Part shown: piece by piece, positions 21,356 to 29,217 of the stretch | Position numbering within the stretch: the stretch's first letter is position 1 | Layout of the letters: every line of letters begins with the position of its first letter | Virus record (IMG/VR): IMGVR_UViG_3300045988_098886 | DNA from: a virus | Direction: 5' to 3' (one strand) | Length of the DNA stretch: 64,000 nucleotides | Translations under genes and position numbers: made by a program | Notes under the pieces: generated by a model | What the model saw: only the letters and a program-made list of their open reading frames with translations | Database searches by the model: none | Told to the model about the DNA's origin: nothing

Positions 21356-21777
21356 TTATGTCTTCTTTTTGTTTTAGATGTTTCTTCGAGTTCTTCCAAT
21401 GGATTATACTTTAGGTCATTGTAAGGCATTAATGAAGTGCCTGCAATCCCTACCAAAGTCTTTCCATCATACTCTGATTTATAGATAGATAATACTTTAT
21501 CAGTTTTCCTTTTATATGCAATATATATTGGAATGTCTTTCTTATGACAGGTTTCAAGTTCTTTCTTGGTTCCTCTAGTCATGTCTTCGACTTTGATTCC
21601 CCAATTGAAATCATTTATAATAAACACTGCAATATCAGAACCAGTTAATAAGGAACTTTCATACTTGGTTCCCATTTTCCAGTGGTTTGGCTCATAACCA
21701 AGAGAGTCCAGAAATATTTCTACTTCTGGAACTAAGTTAGTATATTGCATACTATATGATACATATGCTTTATTCAT
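21352..21777 (-). CDS. nucleoside 2-deoxyribosyltransferase-like / TIR-like fold protein (tentative)
   Basis: Start moved to ATG 21777 (MNKAYVSY; AATGAATAA overlap with the nadD stop). SDIAVFIINDF ... RGTKKELETCHKKDIPIY resembles the D..GT..E.G...gKP pattern of NDT-like proteins. Confidence 0.35.
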   Translation of the reverse strand: MNKAYVSYSMQYTNLVPEVEIFLDSLGYEPNHWKMGTKYESSLLTGSDIAVFIINDFNWGIKVEDMTRGTKKELETCHKKDIPIYIAYKRKTDKVLSIYKSEYDGKTLVGIAGTSLMPYNDLKYNPLEELEETSKTKRRHK

Positions 21778-22330
21778 TTTTATAAAGATTAAATCGGTGA
21801 ATGTATTGGCTAATAGCTTTAGGTACAAGAGGGTAAATTTGTTTCTTGTCCCTAACCAAATACCTAATCATAGTAGAGCTTACGTCAAAAGTACAACTAA
21901 TATACCCATCCACCTTCGCCTTGAATGAACTGTTGGCTCTATTTACTGCAATCAGCTTAAAGTTTTCTAATATCCATTCTCCTTCCTTCCAATTTGCAAT
22001 ATCATCTACAATGTCTGCACCTACAATCAGATAAAGTTCTTCGTTTGGATAATATTCCTTCAAAAGTTGTAGGGTTTGATAGGAATAGTGAGGTTCTGGA
22101 GTGTAATAGTCAATACTAGATATTGTGCAATTATCAATTTCATCAATAGCCAGTTGTGTCATAAAACACCGGTGTTGAAATTCAGTTGCTTCGCGGTCTT
22201 TCCACACATTCTGCATAGTTGGAACCACCACTACTTCGTCAACCAAGTTATCATTTAGTGCTGATGTAATCATGTACAAATGACCCATATGGATTGGGTC
22301 AAATGTTCCTAATAAAAATCCTACTTTCAT
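21770..22330 (-). CDS. nadD: nicotinate/nicotinamide mononucleotide adenylyltransferase
   Basis: GTFDPIHMGHLYM ((T/H)xGH motif) and C-terminal VSSTMIRYL (ISSTxxR motif). Confidence 0.85.
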   Translation of the reverse strand: MKVGFLLGTFDPIHMGHLYMITSALNDNLVDEVVVVPTMQNVWKDREATEFQHRCFMTQLAIDEIDNCTISSIDYYTPEPHYSYQTLQLLKEYYPNEELYLIVGADIVDDIANWKEGEWILENFKLIAVNRANSSFKAKVDGYISCTFDVSSTMIRYLVRDKKQIYPLVPKAISQYIHRFNLYKNE

Positions 22331-22350
22331 TTTTATATATTTTAATTTTT

Positions 22351-22809
22351 TTAGTCTACGAAATATCCACGAGAGTCCAATTCTTTTGATAAAAAACTAA
22401 TAGCTTCTACACTGTATCGTTCGGTCAACTCCTCTATTTCATTGAGTAAATCATTAACCAAATCAGATACACCACAGAACCCTATATTTCCCACGAAATC
22501 GACAAGATTTTTAATAAGTTCGGGGTCATCTACCTCGAACTTCATTTCATCCTCGAAATCATCAGGAAGATAATCGTCGTCAGCATTATAGTATCTTTCT
22601 TGAACATATACTTCCACCAAGTCAAGAGTGGCATGGACTGTCTCTTCCTCAAGTCTAACAGTCAATCTAAATGCCTGAGAATCATCGTCCATTTTCTCAA
22701 CTATCATATAGAAAGAATCTTCCCATGTATAATCATAGTCAGATACAAGATAGTTGGCTTCTTTTAGAGCAACTAATAACTGCTCATATATTTCGTCAAT
22801 CGTTTTCAT
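22351..22809 (-). CDS. acidic hypothetical protein
   Basis: 152-aa ORF rich in D/E runs (NADDDYLPDDFEDEMKFEVDD); 14-nt overlap with the nadE end. Confidence 0.5.
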   Translation of the reverse strand: MKTIDEIYEQLLVALKEANYLVSDYDYTWEDSFYMIVEKMDDDSQAFRLTVRLEEETVHATLDLVEVYVQERYYNADDDYLPDDFEDEMKFEVDDPELIKNLVDFVGNIGFCGVSDLVNDLLNEIEELTERYSVEAISFLSKELDSRGYFVD

Positions 22810-23800
22810 ATTCTTTTCTGGGTATATAAATTGGAGCTTTCTTACGTTTAAATTCGGAAGCTAAATGTCGGCTCCAAACCTTATTGACTACATCTTCTCC
22901 ATGTTTAGCACATAACTGTGACCAGCAATCAGATTCTGCCATTTCATCATGTGGGTGCATGATTTGTCCAGCTGAATCATAGCTTTTTCTAAAGTCCTCG
23001 AATGGAATGAATCTACTAAGGATATCATCCACAGTAGCGTAGTCCTTAGCACCTATCTGGTCTAAGTCACTATTACTAATACCAAGACCATCAGTGGGAA
23101 CTAGCTTGCAAGAATTATATATAGCACATGACATTGCTTTATAATTATCGCAAGTTTCTTTATAATCATTACGAAGAGCTTCTAGAGCTTTACTTTTATA
23201 ATGGTCTTGCAAATAGTTTGCCAGTCCGTAAACTTCAGTCTTCCACAGGTCTTGAATAGGGTCAAAGTCACCAACATCACCATGAATAGTCCAGAATCCA
23301 AGCTGATATTCAGTTTGATTATCTGTACTCATTACTAATCCCTTGCGAATAGATGCTATATCATAAAGATGTATCATTCTACATCTAGCTTGGATATTGC
23401 CATTAGCAATAGGGGTTCTGCCAGCCAGTTCTTCTAAATCACTTAGCCAATACCAGTCGTAGCCTTTACAGTCTTTAATCAATCCTGCATCAGCACAAAG
23501 GTCAAATAAGGATGCCTTGTAAGAATCACTCAGATTGAATACTTTAAATTCATCACAGAAGGCTTCTCCGACAAGTTTAGATACGTCAAACTCATCTTCT
23601 TTATTCTTAATAGGAAGACTTCTACCTATAAGAGGAATGCCAGTCTTCTTACTAACTTCATGGCAGATAGCAGCAACAACAGTGGAGTCAATTCCTCCAC
23701 TGATGCCTAATACCATTGCTTTCAAACCATTAGAAGTAACATAATTTGCTGTTTCTTCTACTAAGGTATTAAATACCTTTTCATAATTTAATTCTTTCAT
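22796..23800 (-). CDS. nadE: NAD+ synthetase
   Basis: PP-loop GISGGIDSTVVAA close to the N-terminus; size and layout fit the NadE family. Confidence 0.8.
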   Translation of the reverse strand: MKELNYEKVFNTLVEETANYVTSNGLKAMVLGISGGIDSTVVAAICHEVSKKTGIPLIGRSLPIKNKEDEFDVSKLVGEAFCDEFKVFNLSDSYKASLFDLCADAGLIKDCKGYDWYWLSDLEELAGRTPIANGNIQARCRMIHLYDIASIRKGLVMSTDNQTEYQLGFWTIHGDVGDFDPIQDLWKTEVYGLANYLQDHYKSKALEALRNDYKETCDNYKAMSCAIYNSCKLVPTDGLGISNSDLDQIGAKDYATVDDILSRFIPFEDFRKSYDSAGQIMHPHDEMAESDCWSQLCAKHGEDVVNKVWSRHLASEFKRKKAPIYIPRKEYEND

Positions 23801-23958
23801 TGTTTTACTCGTTTAAGATAATAAACTATTACCCGACTGGAAACTCTGCCTCCTGATAAGAACTTAATTATAGTTGCGACTAATTCCCAACCGTCATCGC
23901 CCAGTCGATTAAGCTCTTCGCAGGTAATGTCTGTTTTTTCTAAATATTCAAATTTCAT
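23797..23958 (-). CDS. small DUF4177-like protein (tentative)
   Basis: The track start 23979 is TTG. ATG 23958 gives an ATGA overlap with the pncB stop. LNRLGDDGWELVA resembles the DUF4177 GWELV signature. Confidence 0.4.
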   Translation of the reverse strand: MKFEYLEKTDITCEELNRLGDDGWELVATIIKFLSGGRVSSRVIVYYLKRVKQ

Positions 23959-25115
23959 AGTCCAAGTTCTGCTAAACAAGAGTTAACTTCCATTGCACGT
24001 CCCGTATGTTTGCCTTCATCATCAGATAGCTTTACACAGTCATATACCGGCTGATTAGAGTTCATCTGACAAGATGTAAGTTTCATAACAATGTTAGAGG
24101 GTTTAAATCCAGTGTCATTGGTAAGGTTTGTACCTATACCGAACGATGCTCTAATTCTAGTCATACAATAGAGAGCAATATCTTCAGCCTTTTCAAAATC
24201 CAAAGCATTACTAAAGATAATGATTTTCGTAGTTGGGTCTATGCCCAATTCTTTATAGCGAGCAATCATTTTATTTACAAATTCATACTCGTCTCCAGAA
24301 TCACATCGTACTCCGTCAAACAACTTAGCTTGTTTACGTGAGAAGTTCTTGATGAATACATTCGATGTGTAAGTATCGGTAAGAGCTATTCCCAAGTCTC
24401 CGTCATAGACATTTACCCAATTCTCAAGAGCCATATAATTAGCTTGTTTGTAACCGTACATAGCGCCATGAAACATAAACCATTCATGTGGATGTGTTCC
24501 CATTGGTTTCATGTCATACTTCATCGCAAAGTAGCAGTTGGAAGTTCCGGTACAATAGATTGATTTCTCTTTAATATACTTAATAACTTCTTCTTGTATA
24601 TTGTAAGAGAATCTTCTACGAGTTCCAAATTCGGAGAAATAAATTCCTGATTGATTGGAACGTTTGATTTTACTTTCCAATTTATTAAGCATTACAGGAA
24701 TGTTGACCTTATAGCCTAACATCCTATTTCTTAATTCTGAAACCATTGCAAGAATAGGAACTTCATAAAGAGAAACTTTATAAAGATAATCCTTTGCTAT
24801 AATGTGAAGATGTTTTTCTTCATCCAAGAAGATTTGTACTTTACTTGGGTTAAATGTGAATTGAGATAACCATTCCCAGTAATGTCTTGGAATGAATCGA
24901 ATAGAGTTCATAAACTCAAATTCATCACTTGTAAGTCTTACCTGAGCAAGGTTATATAACTCAATACGAAGTTGCTCAACAAACTCTTCTGTGTATTCAG
25001 TATTATCACGGTCTTTAAACTCAAAAGTTCCTACCGCTTGTGGGAACAACTTCATGTAAGCATAAGAAGTTGTAAACTTGTATAAATCTGTATCTAAAAT
25101 TGATTTAATTATCAT
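23955..25115 (-). CDS. pncB: nicotinate phosphoribosyltransferase
   Basis: Colinear with E. coli PncB blocks: ILDTDLYKF, FGTRRRFS, GTSN, PMGTHPHEW, LGIALTD, DSGD, LGIDP..K..FS, SFGIGTNLT, KLSDDEGK. Confidence 0.85.
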   Translation of the reverse strand: MIIKSILDTDLYKFTTSYAYMKLFPQAVGTFEFKDRDNTEYTEEFVEQLRIELYNLAQVRLTSDEFEFMNSIRFIPRHYWEWLSQFTFNPSKVQIFLDEEKHLHIIAKDYLYKVSLYEVPILAMVSELRNRMLGYKVNIPVMLNKLESKIKRSNQSGIYFSEFGTRRRFSYNIQEEVIKYIKEKSIYCTGTSNCYFAMKYDMKPMGTHPHEWFMFHGAMYGYKQANYMALENWVNVYDGDLGIALTDTYTSNVFIKNFSRKQAKLFDGVRCDSGDEYEFVNKMIARYKELGIDPTTKIIIFSNALDFEKAEDIALYCMTRIRASFGIGTNLTNDTGFKPSNIVMKLTSCQMNSNQPVYDCVKLSDDEGKHTGRAMEVNSCLAELGL

Positions 25116-25720
25116 TTCTCTATTGGTTGATAAATGTTTAACTTATTTTCTTTTATAAATTTTTGGAGTGTTGTTCCGCCATCAATAGATGCAATCCCTG
25201 GGAGGTATACTGAAAGCCTATCCCAAATAGGTTGCAAGTTCTTAATTGTGTTAAGTACACAATAATCTCCCGCAACTCCACAAATTACAATTTCCGATTC
25301 ATTCGAAAGGTATATGTCAGCTCTACTATCGTAAATATCATCAAGCGAATAAGTATAATGGCTTTTCCTGTTTGGGTCAGGTTTAAGGTCTGGAAAAGCC
25401 CCATATTCCTCTTTAAACAGTCCTTTCTCAATTACATCGTATCGGAGATTATTATTTCTACAAGCTGTAAGAAGTAAATCATTAATTGCCGCACCTTGGG
25501 AATATTGGACACAATGAACTGGCCACTCTCCTCCATTTTCTTTAAAAGAAGGATGAAAGAAAGCGTGCCAGTCCACAGTAAACCACACTCTATCAAAATG
25601 CTCTTTATACATTAATTCTTCTATATTCCATAAAGCAGGAGTGGCTCCCTTTACATATAAAGAGCCACTCTCTAAGCAGAAATCATTCTGCATATCAACT
25701 ACTATAAGTATTTTACTCAT
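25112..25720 (-). CDS. pncA: nicotinamidase (isochorismatase family)
   Basis: ILIVVDMQNDFC N-terminal block and GVAGDYCV catalytic-Cys block. Confidence 0.8.
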   Translation of the reverse strand: MSKILIVVDMQNDFCLESGSLYVKGATPALWNIEELMYKEHFDRVWFTVDWHAFFHPSFKENGGEWPVHCVQYSQGAAINDLLLTACRNNNLRYDVIEKGLFKEEYGAFPDLKPDPNRKSHYTYSLDDIYDSRADIYLSNESEIVICGVAGDYCVLNTIKNLQPIWDRLSVYLPGIASIDGGTTLQKFIKENKLNIYQPIEK

Positions 25721-25905
25721 CGACTCCAGCTACTAAATATTCCTGCAATTGCAACAATAGCCAACCATAAGGCTATCGGAATCCATAATGGGCTTAAGAC
25801 CCACCACCAAGACCAAGCTATGACGCCACATAGCTTAAGAACAATAAATACTATAAGAAGAATTCCACCTATGCCAATTCCTCCACTACTGTTACTATTA
25901 CTCAT
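25717..25905 (-). CDS. small membrane protein
   Basis: GGIGIGGILLIVFIVLKLCGVIAWSWWWVLSPLWIPIALWLAIVAIAGIF is almost entirely hydrophobic. 4-nt overlaps on both sides. Confidence 0.55.
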   Translation of the reverse strand: MSNSNSSGGIGIGGILLIVFIVLKLCGVIAWSWWWVLSPLWIPIALWLAIVAIAGIFSSWSR

Positions 25906-26597
25906 AATTCAATTATTAAAGGTTCAAATGATTGAATGTATCTCTCGTCTACTAAAGACACATTTGCCATTTTCATATCATCTAAAGTCATCAATCTGTG
26001 TTCTCCTGAATGAATGTGTCCACAGAAAGCATACTTTGGATGTTTTCTCATAATTTCATCAGCCAACCAAGGATTACCTACATCCTCTCTAGTCCATGAC
26101 TGATGAATAACACCTAATCCACACAGCTTAGGAGCATCGTGTGAGATTACTATATCACAATGTTCGGGCATTGTGGAGTACGCTTCTATAAGAGTTTTCT
26201 CCTCATACATATATGCCCAATTTCCAAATATCTTGCAATATGGAGTTCCCCAAATTGTGTATTCGGTTCCATCTTTATAATCAATGTAAGTATATGACTC
26301 ATTATCGAGCATTACTAACTTCCCATCAGTGGGAGTATAAAGAAGGGAATTTTTGGAAAGAGTATTCTGATATATAGACGCTAATGCAAAGTCATGATTT
26401 CCGCCTACCATAAATACTTTTTCACAAGGTAAATCTTTTACCCATTGAGCAAATTCATGACTGAGCCATTTCTTGCTTTGTGGGATATTTCTTTGCATCT
26501 TTAGTGGGGTAATATCCCCACAGATTAAGTAAATATCACACTCTTCTTTTATTTCTGGAAGAATCCCATGTAAGTCTGATAATGCGCCAAATTTCAT
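25902..26597 (-). CDS. metallophosphoesterase (calcineurin-like)
   Basis: Ordered motifs SDLHG, GDITP, GGNHD, SHDAP, GHIHSG. Confidence 0.8.
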   Translation of the reverse strand: MKFGALSDLHGILPEIKEECDIYLICGDITPLKMQRNIPQSKKWLSHEFAQWVKDLPCEKVFMVGGNHDFALASIYQNTLSKNSLLYTPTDGKLVMLDNESYTYIDYKDGTEYTIWGTPYCKIFGNWAYMYEEKTLIEAYSTMPEHCDIVISHDAPKLCGLGVIHQSWTREDVGNPWLADEIMRKHPKYAFCGHIHSGEHRLMTLDDMKMANVSLVDERYIQSFEPLIIEL

Positions 26598-26845
26598 TTA
26601 TGTTTCCTAGTTTTTATGTATTTCTTACTCTCTAATTGTTGGGAAGGAGAAACAAGAGTAACATCTATTTCTATGATTTCTCCTTCTTTGGGGAGGTCTG
26701 CATAGCCAGTAATAGAGTAATAGATGCAAGAATTAATTTCTTCATAGTCTTCATCATCTTCCCACCAAACCCCATCTTCATTAAGGGCTGGTTTTGTTCT
26801 CCACAAACACAATCCTTCTTCGTCTTTTGTTATCCAAAGTCTCAT
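26594..26845 (-). CDS. hypothetical protein
   Basis: 83-aa ORF with 4-nt overlaps. N-terminus ITKDEEGLCLW resembles the two upstream small ORFs. Confidence 0.5.
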   Translation of the reverse strand: MRLWITKDEEGLCLWRTKPALNEDGVWWEDDEDYEEINSCIYYSITGYADLPKEGEIIEIDVTLVSPSQQLESKKYIKTRKHK

Positions 26846-27318
26846 TCTGTTACTTTCTTTTTAAATTCCTCAAATGATTTTATCTCTGGAACCTCGTCTC
26901 TGTTAATTACCCAATACTTACCTGGAGCCTTACCTCTATGGTTGGCTCTGTATTCATTGTACCTTTCAGTAATGTCAAAGAACTCTCTTAGTCTACATTC
27001 TCCAAGAGCATTAGCTAAATCCTCTATTTTGAATACAAAATATTTGAATTTATTGCCGTACTCATCTTTTCTTGAATATACATCTTTTATGAATTGCCCA
27101 AGTGGTGGGATTTCGACTGGTTCATCTTCCCACCTTTGCTCTCCAGCATAGAAATAGAACATTTCTCTAAAAATAGGTGGCAAATCTGGAAGATAATCAA
27201 AAGAGATGGCTTTACTATCAACCCACTCTCCTATCACAGTATCACGGATAGGAGTTCCTTTTGTATCAAGTAACCAACGCTTTCCGTCTTCATCGGTTAT
27301 TGCAAATGTCTTTCTCAT
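26842..27318 (-). CDS. hypothetical protein
   Basis: 158-aa ORF with 4-nt overlaps; N-terminus AITDEDGKRWLLD. Confidence 0.55.
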   Translation of the reverse strand: MRKTFAITDEDGKRWLLDTKGTPIRDTVIGEWVDSKAISFDYLPDLPPIFREMFYFYAGEQRWEDEPVEIPPLGQFIKDVYSRKDEYGNKFKYFVFKIEDLANALGECRLREFFDITERYNEYRANHRGKAPGKYWVINRDEVPEIKSFEEFKKKVTE

Positions 27319-27530
27319 ATTTCAATTTCAAATTTTATAGGTTCATTTTCATAAGTCATTCCTTCTGGTATAGGAAAGCTAAACAAAGATTTGGGATGAA
27401 GGTCGTTGACTTTACCCCAAGCATCATACTTAGGATTTACATTCCAAGATTCTCCATCCCAAATGGGAGGATTGTCATAATACCAACCCTTCCCATCTTT
27501 ATCTATTGCGTAGTAATAAGTTTTAATCAT
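27315..27530 (-). CDS. hypothetical protein
   Basis: 71-aa ORF, coupled; N-terminus YAIDKDGKGWYYD. Confidence 0.5.
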   Translation of the reverse strand: MIKTYYYAIDKDGKGWYYDNPPIWDGESWNVNPKYDAWGKVNDLHPKSLFSFPIPEGMTYENEPIKFEIEI

Positions 27531-27759
27531 TACTAAGAGTCACTGTACCTTTAAATAACTTAACGTCATCCATATATGAATACGTCATTAAAGTTCCTGG
27601 TACAAAAGCTGGATGTTCTAAAAGAATTATAGTGTGTCCTGTTTGGTCACGCCCTACATAGATGCCTATATTATTGGGTTTACCATCAAACGCAAACTCA
27701 ATAATATTCCCCTGCTTAAGAATAGAATCAATGCCAGGTTTATCTATAAAAACTTTCAT
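27523..27759 (-). CDS. hypothetical protein
   Basis: 78-aa ORF, coupled on both sides. Confidence 0.5.
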   Translation of the reverse strand: MKVFIDKPGIDSILKQGNIIEFAFDGKPNNIGIYVGRDQTGHTIILLEHPAFVPGTLMTYSYMDDVKLFKGTVTLSND

Positions 27760-28142
27760 TCCTTCAAGTCTCCCATTACGTTACGGTTAATTCTATCTTC
27801 AACACGTTCTTTACAAGCATCAAGGTATGCTTCAAGTGCTGCTACTTGCTTAGCGTTCTGTTCACAAGGGAACTTCTCATTCAGCTTCTTCACTCTATCA
27901 AGTAAGATAAGTGCAAGTTGCTCTGATTGCCAACCAGGAGTTACTGTACCGTCTTCATGCTTGTGAACAAACTGAATTGTGTCAGTAGCATCCACATACT
28001 TGGTTTTGCCATTAACAAAGCCAGCACACATTTGGGCACGGTAACGATGAGCACCATCATCTGGAATTACTTCAATGGTTGGTTCGAGACTTGGATAAAC
28101 CAATAATTCCTCTATTGTTTGATATTTCTTTTTTAAAGCCAT
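27756..28142 (-). CDS. Acb2/Tad1-hairpin-like (N4 gp49 / Sf6 gp66 family-like) protein, candidate signalling-nucleotide sponge (tentative)
   Basis: IQFVHKHEDGTVTPGWQSEQLALILLDRVKKLNEKFPCEQNAKQVAALEAYLDACKERVEDRINRNVMG follows the pattern I.FQ.G....NG...E.LL.I..DRL..FQ....C.EN..A...LEEAL.WL..R...R..RGV.G that I recall for this family. From memory only. Confidence 0.4.
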   Translation of the reverse strand: MALKKKYQTIEELLVYPSLEPTIEVIPDDGAHRYRAQMCAGFVNGKTKYVDATDTIQFVHKHEDGTVTPGWQSEQLALILLDRVKKLNEKFPCEQNAKQVAALEAYLDACKERVEDRINRNVMGDLKE

Positions 28143-28155
28143 AGTATTTTATTGT

Positions 28156-28332
28156 TTAATCATTATATGATATTATTTTGTAATATACGGTACTACCTAC
28201 CCAACGCCAACCCAGATAATTTACTGGAACCCATGCAGGTTTACTAAGCAAATCTCTAAATTCTAATGGCGTTAGATTACGTACTATATCTGTTTGTGGT
28301 GATGCTCCCTCAAGACTTATTAATACCTTCAT
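28156..28332 (-). CDS. small hypothetical protein (58 aa, below the ORF-track cutoff)
   Basis: Hand-translated ATG 28332 to TAA 28156: MKVLISLEGASPQTDIVRNLTPLEFRDLLSKPAWVPVNYLGWRWVGSTVYYKIISYND. It fills an otherwise empty 167-nt gap, overlaps the upstream gene by 23 nt and ends 13 nt before the next ATG. Confidence 0.5.
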   Translation of the reverse strand: MKVLISLEGASPQTDIVRNLTPLEFRDLLSKPAWVPVNYLGWRWVGSTVYYKIISYND

Positions 28333-29215
28333 GTTTTAACCAGTCTTGGAAGTACCACAATTGTCCACATCCTCCACCAATATCGTCCTGACCAGCAGGA
28401 TTAAATACTCTAGTGGAGAAACCTAGTTCACAGAGTCTCCTGTTAAAGTCTCTAATAAGACGAATTTGTCTATCAATAGAATTCTTTACAGTTTCATCCT
28501 TTTCACAAATTACAGAAAGAGTAGTTTCCCAAACATCGGTTCGAAAGAGTTTGTACAGTCTCCTTGCGTCTTCTTCTGTATCATTTCCTTCATGTACACA
28601 GTAATTGAAGAATGGTTTTCTTCCTGTGTTCGCTGCCCAAAATTCTCCCGCAGCAGCAATCTGGCGGAGAGTACAAGTCTTAGTCGGAATTAATTTTGCT
28701 CTAGCTTCATCAGTTGATTCATGTACTGAAAACTGCAATCCGACTTGAGGTATTCTTTTGGAGAGTTCAATAAACTCTGACATTGCATGATATAATGTAG
28801 ATGGAGCAGATGTGGACACTAATAGTTGAGCATTTGGATATAAGTCATGTAAAGACTCGATAGCTCGCTCCAAATTGATATAATTCAGAAATGGCTCTCC
28901 CATACTCATGAACATAATTTGGAATTTCTCAATGTCTTTAGTATTACAATCAATGGTACTTAGAACTGTAGTTACTTGTTCTATTATCTCATGCCAATCA
29001 AGATTCCTTACAAAGAACTTTCCTGTTCCACAGAACGTACAGCCAACCGGACATCCAGACTGTACAGAACAGCAAATTACTGTTCTCTTCGCGTATTCTC
29101 CATAACGATAAAGGACTGCTTCTGCAATTCCTTTTTTCGTTACTGCACTAGCTCCCCATTCAAATACAAACTTCTTGACATTAGTGTCAGAAGATTCAAA
29201 AATCTTATATTCCAT
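28310..29215 (-). CDS. RlmN/Cfr-family radical SAM RNA methyltransferase-like protein lacking the N-terminal accessory domain
   Basis: Colinear with E. coli RlmN: CCSVQSGCPVGCTFCGTG (CxxxCxxC plus the preceding Cys), NLDWHEIIEQV, FMSMGEPFLN, VSTSAP, LQFSVHESTDEARAKLIP and C-terminal GGGCGQL. Confidence 0.75.
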   Translation of the reverse strand: MEYKIFESSDTNVKKFVFEWGASAVTKKGIAEAVLYRYGEYAKRTVICCSVQSGCPVGCTFCGTGKFFVRNLDWHEIIEQVTTVLSTIDCNTKDIEKFQIMFMSMGEPFLNYINLERAIESLHDLYPNAQLLVSTSAPSTLYHAMSEFIELSKRIPQVGLQFSVHESTDEARAKLIPTKTCTLRQIAAAGEFWAANTGRKPFFNYCVHEGNDTEEDARRLYKLFRTDVWETTLSVICEKDETVKNSIDRQIRLIRDFNRRLCELGFSTRVFNPAGQDDIGGGCGQLWYFQDWLKHEGINKS

Positions 29216-29217
29216 TT

